Assembly (NCBI GenBank): GCA_000004695.1
Contig: CM000153.2
Coordinates: 3,872,001 to 3,936,000 of the forward strand
Length of the DNA: 64,000 bases
Direction: 5' to 3'
Origin: Dictyostelium discoideum
Lineage: Eukaryota
A model generated the notes under the pieces. It was given only the letters and a program-made list of their open reading frames with translations. It was not told the origin of the DNA and did not search any database. The translations under genes and the position numbers were made by a program. Below, one piece after another: positions 14,590 through 32,474 of this stretch. How positions within the stretch are numbered: position 1 is the first letter of the stretch; every line of letters starts with the position of its first letter.

Positions 14590-15209
14590 ATGGTATGTGT
14601 ATACTATGTCAAATTTTATATCTGATATCACATCAAAGTTATTATGTTTTTCTTGAATAAATAATAAAAATATAATAATATCAAATAATACAATAATCCA
14701 TAATATTGATGATTGATTGATGATTGAAATTTTTTGATAAAAAAAAAAAAAAATAGAAAGAGGATTATGATGAAAACTAATACCAATCTCATACACCAAT
14801 CTATATCATATATCATCAATCTTTTATTTCGAAATAATAATAGACTAAAGGTACATTCAGTTTTGGTCGTAGACACACCAAGTCCCACACCTTATGCAGA
14901 AGATGCGGTAAATCATCATTCCACATCCAAAAGAAGACCTGTGCTTCATGTGGTTATCCATCCGCCAAAACCAGATCTTACAACTGGAGTATTAAAGCTC
15001 AACGTAGAAAGACCACCGGTACCGGTAGAACCAGATATTTGAAGACTGTCCACAAGAGATTCAACAGTGGTTTCAAAGAAGGTATGTTTTTTCTTAAATT
15101 CACATTTATATATATATATATCTTTACATTTATTGTTCTATACTAATTTTATTATTTATTTTTAACAAAATTAGCCTCTTTAGCCGTCAAAAAAACTGCT
15201 GCTAAATAA
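14590..15209 (+). CDS. rpl37: 60S ribosomal protein L37 (C4 zinc-ribbon), 91 aa; exons 14590..14592 (ATG only), 14844..15081, 15175..15209
   Basis: ATG|GTATGT at 14590-14598. Acceptor AATAATAG at 14841-14843. Exon 2 encodes [79 protein letters not shown], a strong match to eukaryotic L37e. Donor G|GTATGT at 15082, acceptor TTAG at 15171-15174, C-terminus [11 protein letters not shown]-stop. Locally GC-rich, highly-expressed codon usage (GGT, ACC, AAG). Confidence 0.85.
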
Positions 15210-16844
15210 ATAAAATCTTCAAATTAAATAGTACCTTTATTAAAAAAAAAATTAGTGTTTAGAAATTTATTGTGGAATTTTAGTTATATTTACAATTTAT
15301 TTGTTTATTAGTCTTTCTAAAAGAGACACCCATATTATTTTTATTTTTTCTCTTTTTTGTTATTTAAAAGCTTTTTTTTGTATGAATTTATAGAAACTTT
15401 ATAACTTTTTTTTTTTTTCATAAAAATAACCTGTCGATCAATATCAGAAAAAATAAATCAGTTTTTAAAACAAATAACCTCACACTTTTAACCAAAAATT
15501 TATTGTTTTTTTTGATTGAAAATAAAATAAAAATGAAATTTCCAAATATATACACTCAAAAATATCAATAAATTCGTAAAAACCTTAAAAGGGTAATTAT
15601 TAAAATAGTAAAAAAAAAATAAAAAATAAAAAAAAAAATAAAAAAAAAAAAAAAATTTTATTTTATTTTTTTTTTTTTTTAGAAAATTAAAAAGAAAAGA
15701 GTAAAAAAAAAAAAGTAAAAAATAAAAAATTAAATAAAAAAAAAAAAAAAATTAAAAATAAAAATAAAAATAAAATAATATCCTAATATCGGTAGGCCCT
15801 TAATTGTAAAATATTTTTTTATTTTTTATTTTTATTTTTTTTTTTAAAATTCTAATATTTTTTTCCTTTACCTTTTCTAAATCTAAAATAGCACAACAAC
15901 ATATAAACACTAAACATATAAAACATACGCAAATTATCAAATTTTAAGAAGACACAAGAAAATTATTTTAAAAAAAAAAGGTAAAAACAATTTTAAAAAT
16001 TATTATTATAATTTAGATTTAATTTTAAGTTTATTATAATTTTTATTTTTATTATCATTATTATTATTATTATTATTATTATCATTATTATTACTATTAT
16101 TATTATTATTATTTTTAATTTTAGATAAATAGATATATTATCCTAGTTTTGTGGATTATAAAAAAAAAAAAAAAAAAAATTTCAAAAAATAAAAACTATT
16201 AATGAATAATTGAAAAAAAAAAATAAAAAAATAAAAAAATAAAAAAAATTAGATTGTATTGCTACTTGCACCTTTCTCTTTATTTCTTTCTTTATTTTTT
16301 TATTTTTATTTTTTTTTATTTCTTCATTTCCCCCTTTTTTGTATTTTCAAATATAAACATCCATGGTGCCATTGTTTAAAATAAAACTAATTTTGGCAAT
16401 AATTATACATTTTTTTATTTAATATTTTTATTTTTTAATTTTTTTATTTTTTTATTTTTTTATTTTTTTTTCTAATAAATTAATAATAAAAAAAAAAAAA
16501 AAAAAAAAAAAAAATTTATTTGTAAAAAAAAAAAATATGGTGAATAGTAATAAAAATAAAAAAGAGAGAAAAGTAAAGAGGGTTTACACAATAAAGGGGG
16601 AAAAAAAAAAAATTTGAAAAATAAAAAAAACCAAATAAAATAATTCTTAATAAAAAAATCAATATTTTTGAATAACATACCCTTTCATCAACATCATATT
16701 AATCATCATTATTGGTTGTTGTTTAATAATTACTTTTTTTGTTTGCAATCTATACTTTTGTATCAAAAACAAACAAACACTCACCCTAATCTATTGTATT
16801 GTTATAAATATCCACCCAGCAGTTTTAATAATTATTATCAATCT

Positions 16845-16880
<36 letters not shown>

Positions 16881-17013
16881 GGGATCTATTAATTTAATAA
16901 TAATAAAAATAATAAAATAAAATAAAAAATAATAATAATAATTATTTATTTCACTCCTATTCTCTTTAAAACTTTTTGAGCATGTTTATCAGTGGTTAAA
17001 ATTCCAATAGATT

Positions 17014-17049
<36 letters not shown>

Positions 17050-18562
17050 TGTGTGTGTGTGTGTTTTTGTGGGTGAATGAGTGTGTACTATATATAAACT
17101 TTATAATAATAATAGTAATAATAATAATAATAATAATAAAAAATAATAGTAAAATTTTATAGTAGTGTTCAATAATTCATTAGTTATCGGGGGTATATTA
17201 TTAGTGGAGTTGTGTCGTTTTGATTGATGGATCAGTTTTTAGCCCATACCTTTTTATAATATTATTAATTTATTTTTCAGTTATTATCACACTCTATTTC
17301 CTTCCCCACTCACTATTATTTATTTTCATAAAATAATAGTTATCCATATAATAATTTTTAGTGTGTCAATGTGTGTTTAACTATTTTTGTTAAGAAATAA
17401 ATTAATGTAATTTCTATTTGTGTTTCCATGTTTGGTTATTAGAAATCCAAAAAAAATAAATAAAAATAAATAAAAAAAAAAAAAATAATAATATTAATAT
17501 TAAATAAAAATAAATAAAAAAAAAATAAAAAAAAAAAAAAAAGACAACACATCATATATCATATCATATCTTTTTTTAACATTGATTTTTTTTGTTTAAA
17601 AAAAAAAAAAACACATTTCCTTATAAAACTATTCACAACACTACCCCCACAATAGTGTGTTGGCACAAATTTGTTTTTTTTTTTTTTTTTTTTTTTTTTT
17701 CCTCTCACCCACTATCTCTCACATTCTCCCACTACTATTACCACTATTGCTTCTGCTGCTACTACTATTAGTAGACACATACACACACAAAAAAAAAAAA
17801 AAAAAAAAAAAAGTGGGAGAATACATCAATATTATTAATAACAATAAATTAAAAAATATATGTATATATATAAATATATAAAAAATTATGTTCATTTATT
17901 TTAATATGTGTTATGATGATCTAAGATATTGAAATTAATTATTTTAAAATTCGCCTATTAAAATTTTAATTTTTATTACTATTTTATTTTATTTTTATTT
18001 TTATTTTTTTTTAAAAAATACACACCCAAAATTTGTCTCTATTTCTCTATTCCATCTTTTTTACAAACACACCCCTCACTATTACCATCATATCAATAAC
18101 AATAATAATAAAATTGTAGTGTGTGCTGGTGGGTTGGTTTTTGTTGTTGTTGTTGTTTTTGGTGTTTTTTTTTTTTTTTTTTTGTTTTTTGTTTTGTTTT
18201 GTTGTTGTTTGAATAGATGTAACCAATAATGATAATATTGTTTTTATTTTTTTTATTTTTTTATTTTATTTTTTATTTTTTTTTTTTTTTTTTTTTTTAT
18301 TTTAAAATAATTATTTATAAATAATTTGATTTTTGGTGTTTTCCATCTTAGTGTTTTTTAATTTTTTAATTTTTTTTTGGTTGTAGTTAATTTTATTTGT
18401 TTTGTTTTTCTTTTTTTTTTTTTTTTTCTGTATCAATAATAACAATATTTAGAGGGAAAAAAATAATAAAATAATAATAACCATATCTTTTTAAATTCAA
18501 TTTTAATATTATAATATTTATTTATTTTTATTTTTTAATTCTATAACAGACCATTTGTACGT

Positions 18563-18614
<52 letters not shown>

Positions 18615-19367
18615 GGGTTTTACACCGGCTCCCATTCCCCTTGAAACATTAATTACCAAAGGGGTGGTTTTTTTAAAATTAAATTAAACCTTCCCTTTTT
18701 CGGCTAAAACCCCTAAAAAAAAAATTTTTAATTAATTAAAATAAATTAATTAATTAATTAAAATTAAAAAAATTTTTAAAAAAATTAAATTAAATTAAAT
18801 TAAATTAAGGAAACCTTTTCTTATTGGAAAATTTTTTAAAAAATTTTTTTAATTGGGTTTTTTTTTTTTTTTTTTTTAAAAAAATACTTAGATTTTTTTT
18901 TTTTTTTTTATTGTTTTGTGAACCCGAAAGACTTTTAATTTTTTATTATTTTTTTTTTTTATAACCAAAAAAAAAAAAAAAAAAGAATATTATTAAACAA
19001 TAAAACTATATACACAAGATTAATAAATAATACTTAATCATATATAAATACAAAAAAAAAAATAATAATAATAATAAAAATAAAAATCACGATATATCCA
19101 TTGGCAACGAGAAATTAAGACCATACTAATTAATTAATTTAAAAAACAGTTGTCTTCATTTTTTTTTTCGAAACCAGCACAAATCTGATTAAAAAAAAGT
19201 ATGTTATTTCTTAAAAAAAAAAAATTAATTTTATTTATTTTTTTTTATTTTTTTTTTTTTTTCCTCCTCGAAAATATCTTTTTTTTTTTTCAAAGAGAAA
19301 AAAAAAAAACCAATCATCGTTGATGCTTTTTGCTTCCCAAATTTCTATTACAAAATATAAAAAATAA

Positions 19368-19400
<33 letters not shown>

Positions 19401-19727
19401 AAATCACCAAAAAAAAAAAAAATTTTCAAAAACTTTTTTTCACATAAGCGTTTCATCACAACTTTTCTCACAAAAATAAAAAAAAAAAAAAAAACAAAAT
19501 AACAATAATAGAAAAATTTATATACAAAATTCTATTTTGTTTTGAACAAATCCTTAGGAATAAATATTTATATTATATATAAATAATTAAAAACAACTAA
19601 ATATATTGGCTTTATATTTTTTTTTTGAAAAAAAAAAACAAAAAAACAAAACTAAAAAAAACAAAAAAAAAAACGAAACAAAAAACAAACAATCTATTTA
19701 TTTATTAAATCTATTTATTGATTTAAT

Positions 19728-19739
19728 ATATTTATTAAT

Positions 19740-19802
<63 letters not shown>

Positions 19803-19805
19803 TTA
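19728..19805. repeat. (ATTT)n tetranucleotide microsatellite
   Basis: tatttatttatttattt... tract read directly. Confidence 0.9.
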
Positions 19806-20252
19806 TAAAACTTAAAAAAAAAAAAAACAAATAAAAATAAAATTTTTTAAAAAAAATAAACAATAACCACTGTTGATATAGGTATATATTTAATAATAAA
19901 CAATTAGTTCTCTCAATGTAATATCAAAAATTATTTAAACTAACCTGATACACAATCATATGCACAGGTTCATATAAAATAATTTTGTCAAACTACACCA
20001 CCCCTTTTTCACACATTTTTTATCTATACATATAATTAAAATTTTTTTTTTTATTTTTTTATTATTTTATTTTATTTTTTTTGAAAATTTGTTGCACACT
20101 TCATATAAAATTAAACACAATCATTCAAACACAATAAGTTATATATAACTGTTATAATAATAATAATTATTATATTAAAAAAAAAAAAAAAAAAAAAAAA
20201 TAAATAATAATAAAAATAATAATTATTCTCATATAATGCAACAGGAGTAATT

Positions 20253-20286
<34 letters not shown>

Positions 20287-21037
20287 TAAAAAAAGTGAAC
20301 AGGAAAAAAAATAAATAAAAATAAAAAAAATAATAATAATAATATAACTCCAACTCCAACTACAACTATTATTTTTTATTATTAATAATTTATCAGTTGG
20401 TATCAAACAATTTAGTTAAAAGGTTTATTTCACATAATAAAATTTTTAAAGAAAATAAATAAAAAAAACAATAAAAAAAATAATAATCTTAAAAAAAAAA
20501 AAAAAAAAATCAAAGAAAAAAATCTTTTTTGAAATTAGTTTCTTTATTTTTCTCGTTATAATAAAAAACAAAAAAAAGAGAAAAAGAAAAAAAAAAAAAG
20601 AAAATAAAATTTATAGTTATATATCGGGAAACTCAATAAAAATTTAATAAATAAAATAGTCCATATTAAATAATATATTTTTACAACCACACCCCCAACC
20701 AATAATCAAAAAAAAAAAAAACCAAAAAAAAAAAAAAAATAATAAAACTTTGATTGATTAATTTATTATTTTATTTTATTTTTATTTTTTTTTTAATGTT
20801 AGAGTGTGTGTTAACCCCTTTTATTCACCAACCCACCATTCATCAGAATCATAAATTTTTTATTTAATATATATATATAATAATATATCTAACATATTAT
20901 TATTTTTATTAACTTTTTTTTTTCTTTTAAAAAAATAATCAGATATCAAATATTTAGATACCCCTACACTCAATAACTTTAATAATAATTTCTACCAATT
21001 AAAAAACACTTAATTTCAAGTTGATTTATTATAGAAA

Positions 21038-21072
<35 letters not shown>

Positions 21073-21364
21073 AAAAACTATCAACTATTTCAGAAAAACA
21101 AAAAAAAAAAAAAAAAGAAAAAAAAAAAAAAAAGAAAAATATATATATATAAATATATAACACAAAGTTGTAAGTATATATAAGTAATAGATAATTAATA
21201 ATAAGACCGCACGACAAGAATCACATATTACTATATTTTTTATTTCAAATTGCCCACCCATTTTATAACAAACACACTCGAAAAATTCTATTTTTTGATA
21301 GTAGTCAGGATTACTTTAGGTTTTTTTTTATTTTTTTTAGAGAATTTTGATATATATTATTTAT

Positions 21365-21403
<39 letters not shown>

Positions 21404-21445
21404 CACACACATACACCAAATTATTTATAATGTTTAGATATTATA

Positions 21446-21487
<42 letters not shown>

Positions 21488-21518
21488 TTTAATATTTTTA
21501 CCAACCACATATAATAAA

Positions 21519-21623
<105 letters not shown>

Positions 21624-22324
21624 AAAAAAACCCACATATACACACACATTTAATATATTCATAAAAAACCATAATAGATCTATTCATAAAATAATAATAA
21701 TAATAAAATAATAATAATAATAATAAAAAAAATAAAAAAAATAAAATAATAATTTGTTTTTATAAATTTATTTTATTTATTCCACCCTCTTTATTTATTC
21801 ATTTATTTATTCTTTTTTAGTCAAAAAATTTTATATACTAACATAATAATAATTGTTTAAGCAGATACTTTTATATATCTACCAATATATAAGAAATTTC
21901 TTTATTATGTTTTTAGAGAATCTCATATGAACAAAAAAAACATTCATCCAATAGCAATATATTTATTTATTTAAACAAACAAAATAGCATAACAAAAACA
22001 ACCAAAAACCCAAATCTCAAATTTATTTATTTAATTTATTTATTTATTTATTTATTTATTTCACAATAATAACAACAACACAAATTATTTTTTTTTTTTT
22101 CTTTTAATATTTTTTAATTTCAATTAGACTTTACAATTTATTGTCTCAATATTTTTTTTTTTTTTTTTTTTTTTTTTATTATATTAAATTTTATTTTTTC
22201 ATTTTTTTTTTTTATTCAATTAACACAATTTAAATCGTAATAATATTATACCCTTAAAATATCTATATAAAATATACTTATATTTTTAATTATATATTTA
22301 TAAATTCTATTTATATTATTTTTT

Positions 22325-22368
<44 letters not shown>

Positions 22369-22502
22369 AACAGATAAAAAAAAAAAAAAATAATTTAAAA
22401 CACCACAATCATACACACAATAATAAATTCTTTAAAGAAATAATTTTTTTTTTTTTTTTCCACCACAAAAAAAAAAAAAAAAAATTTTAAAACTTCAAAA
22501 AG

Positions 22503-23906
<1,404 letters not shown>

Positions 23907-24202
23907 ACAAAAATAAAAATAAAAAAATAAAAAATAAAAAATAAAAAAACAAAAAAAAAAAAAAAAAAAAAAAAGAAAAAAAAGAAAAAAAAAAAAGAAA
24001 AAAAAAAGAAAGAAAAAAATCAATTAAATCAAAAGAATAATATTTATTAATTTAAAATTTCCTTTTTTTTTAATATTTTTTTTAATTGTATAATAATTTA
24101 TAAATAATAATATAATAAAAAAAATAAAAAAAAATTAATTCAAACACTTATCAAATTTCTTTCTTGTTTCTTTCCAAATTTTTTTTTTTCTTATTAAACA
24201 AA

Positions 24203-24340
24203 ATATAAATATGATTTTTAAAATTATATTTATATTTTGTTTAATAAGAATATTTTTAAAATCATATTTATATTTTGTTAAATTGTAAAATAAACAATTT
24301 CTATTGGATATCCAATAGAAATTGTTTATTTTACAATTAA
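24203..24340. repeat. Two adjacent perfect palindromes (19-bp arms with a 13-nt loop at 24203-24253; 27-bp arms centred on GATATC at 24283-24340) in the intergenic region between the CCCH gene and VIT-vWA copy 1
   Basis: ttaaacaaaatataaatat-gatttttaaaatt-atatttatattttgtttaa and ttgtaaaataaacaatttctattggata|tccaatagaaattgtttattttacaa read directly. A third near-copy of one arm (tcatatttatattttgtt) lies between them. Confidence 0.8.
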
Positions 24341-24572
24341 AAAAAAAAAAAAAAATTTAAAAATAATTTATTCAAAGAAAAAAAAAAAAAAACACATCGA
24401 TAAAGAAATTTGGCAAGAGTGTTCTTGAAATGAGAAATTAAAAAGAAATTATTTTTTATTTTTTTATTTTTTTTATTTTTTTTTTTTTATTATTTTTAAT
24501 TATTCTTGAAATTTTTTATTTATTAATCTATTTATTTATTTATTTATTTATTTGTTTTTTATTTATTTAAAA

Positions 24573-27326
<2,754 letters not shown>

Positions 27327-27795
27327 TATTTTTTAAACATTGAATAAAAAAAAAAACTTGTAAATAAATGGAAAAAGCAAAACAATAATTTAAAATAAAT
27401 TTCAACACTCTTATTTTTTTTTTTTAAATTAATTTTTTATTTGTTTTAAAAATTAAAAAAATGTTTTTATATTTAAATTACACCTAAATTAACTTTGTAA
27501 ATTAAAATATTATATTTTATTAAAAGCAGTTTTTCCAATTTATAAAATTCATTGAATTTTTTAATTTCATCCAAACATAAATTTTTTTATTTCCATGAAT
27601 TTTTTTTTTTTGAATTACCACAAAAAACATATTGAATAATATTTTATATTTTTTTTTTTTTTTTTCTCAATTTTTTTTTTAATCAAAATTAAATATCCAA
27701 AAAGATTTTTTTTATTTATTTTTTTATAAGAACTTCTTTTTTTTTAATTTTTCTATTTATTTGTTTTTGTGAATGAATTTATATTAAATAACAAA

Positions 27796-28845
<1,050 letters not shown>

Positions 28846-29445
28846 TATTTTTTAAATATTGAATAAAGAAAAAAACTTGTATAAAAGGTAAGGGAGGTCG
28901 GGTGTAAAAATTTCAACATTAAAGTGGTAATTTTATGAGGTACTGATGGGTTTGTCACCTCTTTTTTTTATTTTTTTTTTCACTTTTTTTTTTATTTTCT
29001 GTGTGGCTCCCCTTAACAAAAGTCAAAACAAAAATTTAAAATAAATTTTATAACTTTTTTTTATTTTTTTTTTTTAAACTAATTTTTTATTTGTGTAAAA
29101 AATTAAAAAAATGTTTTTAATTTAAATTACACTCAAATTAACTTTGTAAATTTAATTATTATATTTAAATAAAAGCAGTTTTTACAATTTAATAAATTCA
29201 TTGAAATCATTTAATTTCATTCAAACACCAAGTTTTTTATTTCAAAGAATTTTTTTTTTTGAATCACAAAAAATTAATAACCCCATCAATTTTTTTTTTT
29301 TTCTCAATTTTTTTTTTTTTTTTTTTTTCTTATCAAAATAAAAAAAAATAAATATAAATAAAAAAAATCTTTTTTGGATATATTTATATTATTTTAATTT
29401 TTCTATTTATTTGTTTTTGTGCATGAATTTATATTAAATAACAAA

Positions 29446-31941
29446 ATGTTACAAAGTTTAAAAAATGTTTTTTTTTCAGAAACCACAACTACAACAACAA
29501 CATCAACTACAACACCAGTATCAAATTCAGCTATTAAAAGATACATTGGCAATATAAATGATTATAAGAATGCAAACTATTTTAATTATTATAGAATTTT
29601 GGAGAATAAATATGACTACCTTAGGGACACCTTTGGTTTAAAAACTTTTTCAAACAATGAAACATTCAAATTAATTGATTTTACAATTGATTCAGAAATG
29701 AATAATACTTGTATAACATCAATTTGGAATCAAAAGTATTCAAATAATTCAAGTATACCAGTTGAGGGTATTTATAAAATTCCATTAGCACCATATAGTG
29801 TCATTTCAGGATTCACAGTAGAATATCAAGATAAAGTTTTCATCGGTAAAATTAAATCAAAAGAAAAAGCACAAAATCAATACTCTGATTCAATCGCAAG
29901 TGGTGGCCAAGCATTCCTCGCAGAGAAAACTCAAGATGGTCAATTCTCATTTAGAATCGGTAATTTACCACCAAATGAAAATGTTACAATTCATTTAACA
30001 ATTATTTCAGGAGTTTGTCCTCATTTATCAAGTTTGCAAAATTGTTTCCATCGTTTCTTATTCCCAAATTATTCATTTAATTTCCAATTCAATTTAAATA
30101 TTAAATTAACATTACCAATTAAAACTATTGAATTATTATATTATCCAAATAGAGAAATTAAATTCAAAGAAAACTCTAATAATAAAGAAGCAACTCTTAC
30201 ATTCTCTTCAAAAAACGGTATTGATAGTGATATTGTCTGTATAGTTGAACCAGAGAATGATATTGAAAGACCACAATCAATTATTGAACATTCAAAATTA
30301 AATAATACATATGCAGTCAGTGTCAACTTTACACCATCATTCAGTCATTTAACATCGGATGATGTAAATCAAAAAAGTGAATTTATATTCCTCATCGATT
30401 GTTCAGGAAGTATGAGTGGTGAACCAATTAAAAAAGCAAAAAGAGCTTTAGAAATTATTATTAGAAGTTTAAATGAAAATTGTAAGTTTAATATTTATTG
30501 TTTCGGTAGTAGATTTACAAAAGCATTCGACAATTCAAAAATGTACAATGATGAAACATTAGCTCAAATTTCAGGATATGTTGAAAAAATTGATGCAGAC
30601 TTAGGAGGTACAGAATTATTACCACCAATCCGTGATATCCTTTCCACTGAATCAGATTTCGAATATCCAAGACAATTATTCATTCTTACAGATGGCGAAG
30701 TCAGTGAAAGAGATAGTTTAATAAACTATGTAGCAACAGAATCAAATAACACTAGAATCTTTACATATGGTATTGGAAATAGTGTAGATACAGAATTAGT
30801 AATTGGTTTATCAAAAGCATGTAAAGGTTATTATGAAATGATTAAAGATAACTCAAATTTCGAAGAACAAGTAATGAAATTAGTTTCAATTGCATTCGAA
30901 CCAACACTTTCAAATATTAAAGTAGATTGGGGTACAGAATTACAAATTGAACAAGGTCCAACCAAAATTCGTCCACTTTATTCAGGTGAGACTTTAATTG
31001 TTTATGCATTATTAAAAGATAATAAAATTCCTCAATCAACAGTACAAGTTTCATTAATTGGTGATGGACCAACTGGTTCAAAATTAGAATTCCCAATTAC
31101 ATTAGATTTCTCAAAAACAATTGATTATGAAAATAATTCAGTTCATACATTAGCAGCATTTAACATTATAAAAGATTTAGAAGAAGTTGAAAGAAAAGGA
31201 AATCATTCAAACAATAGAGACAGAATAGAAGAGTTAGGAAAAAGCTATGGATTAATATCAAAGTATACTTCATATATTGTCACTGCAGCTTCTGAACAAG
31301 TAACTGAAGAAACAATGAAAACTTTAAATATTATCCAAACACCAACAACAACAACAACAACATCACACTCAAATCGTAGAAGAGAAGAAGCAGATCATAC
31401 TATGAATCAAACTTTGCTTAAAAATTGTGCTGTTGTTGATGATTTATTTGAAAGTTGTGAAATGTTATCAGAAACCTCAATTAAATTTGAATGTAATAGA
31501 GTGTACAAAAAAATTCCTTCCTCTTTATCAAAGATTTTTTCATTCTTTTCATCACTATCCACATCTTCCTCTGTGAGATCAGAAGTTGTATCCAATTTTG
31601 ATAATGATATAGAATCAGAGGAAAAGAAAAATAATAGTATTAATAATAATAGTGATAGTTTATTAAAATTAATTAAACTTCAAAAAGCCAATGGATCATG
31701 GAGTTCACCATTTAGTGAATTCAAAATTGATTTATCAAAGAAACCATCAAACATTGATAGCGATGATATTTGGATCACTTTAATAGTAATCAACAAGATT
31801 CTTAATGATTATCCAACTCAACAATCTCAATATGACCTTGTAATTCAAAAGGCTTCAAAATGGGTAAAACAACAATTAACAAGATTAAACATTCCAAATC
31901 AATATGGCTCATTATTAGCTACTTCAAAATTACATATTTAA
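29446..31941 (+). CDS. VIT + vWA domain protein, tandem copy 3 (831 aa)
   Basis: ATG at 29446. About 95% identical to copy 1 through the VIT and vWA domains. C-terminal third diverges (unique Cys-containing segment NRRREEADHTMNQTLLKNCAVVDDLFESCEMLSE.., no poly-Asn). Shares the terminal KLIKLQKANGSWSSPF..QYGSLLATSKLHI block. Confidence 0.8.
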   Translation: MLQSLKNVFFSETTTTTTTSTTTPVSNSAIKRYIGNINDYKNANYFNYYRILENKYDYLRDTFGLKTFSNNETFKLIDFTIDSEMNNTCITSIWNQKYSNNSSIPVEGIYKIPLAPYSVISGFTVEYQDKVFIGKIKSKEKAQNQYSDSIASGGQAFLAEKTQDGQFSFRIGNLPPNENVTIHLTIISGVCPHLSSLQNCFHRFLFPNYSFNFQFNLNIKLTLPIKTIELLYYPNREIKFKENSNNKEATLTFSSKNGIDSDIVCIVEPENDIERPQSIIEHSKLNNTYAVSVNFTPSFSHLTSDDVNQKSEFIFLIDCSGSMSGEPIKKAKRALEIIIRSLNENCKFNIYCFGSRFTKAFDNSKMYNDETLAQISGYVEKIDADLGGTELLPPIRDILSTESDFEYPRQLFILTDGEVSERDSLINYVATESNNTRIFTYGIGNSVDTELVIGLSKACKGYYEMIKDNSNFEEQVMKLVSIAFEPTLSNIKVDWGTELQIEQGPTKIRPLYSGETLIVYALLKDNKIPQSTVQVSLIGDGPTGSKLEFPITLDFSKTIDYENNSVHTLAAFNIIKDLEEVERKGNHSNNRDRIEELGKSYGLISKYTSYIVTAASEQVTEETMKTLNIIQTPTTTTTTSHSNRRREEADHTMNQTLLKNCAVVDDLFESCEMLSETSIKFECNRVYKKIPSSLSKIFSFFSSLSTSSSVRSEVVSNFDNDIESEEKKNNSINNNSDSLLKLIKLQKANGSWSSPFSEFKIDLSKKPSNIDSDDIWITLIVINKILNDYPTQQSQYDLVIQKASKWVKQQLTRLNIPNQYGSLLATSKLHI

Positions 31942-32474
31942 TATAAAAAAAAAAAAAAAAAAAAAAAAAAACTTGTAAATCTTTTCTTTTCTTTTCCAAT
32001 AAATAAACATTTTAATTATTAAAAAAAAAAATAATAAAATAATTTTATGAAATTGTTTGCATAAATAATATTATTGTTTATTGATTGGTATAAGAATAAT
32101 TGCAAATTACAAAAATGTACAATTAATTCGATATATATTAAAAAAAACTTTTTAAAAAAGAAAGAAATTAAATTTTATTTTAAAATCAATAAGAATTTAA
32201 AATGTGAGCTCTTTATTTTTAATAATTAAAAAAATATACCAAATTCATTAATTAAAAATTTAATTTATTAAATAAATATTTGAGGAATTAGTTTTCCACT
32301 TTAATTGTTTTTTTTTTTTTGTTGTTTTTTTTTTTTTTTTTTTTTGATGCTTATATTTTTGATGTTTGTAAATATGTAATTATAACAAAATTCTACAATA
32401 TGAAAGATTTGATTGATGGTTTACTAGGTGATATCATCTCATCTTTCTTTTTAATTGATTTTTTTTATATATTT

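Noticed and set aside
14734-15042. 102-aa plus-strand ORF overlapping rpl37
   Set aside because: It is the wrong frame of rpl37 exon 2. The correct frame gives a full-length L37e protein once the ATG-only first exon and the two introns are joined.
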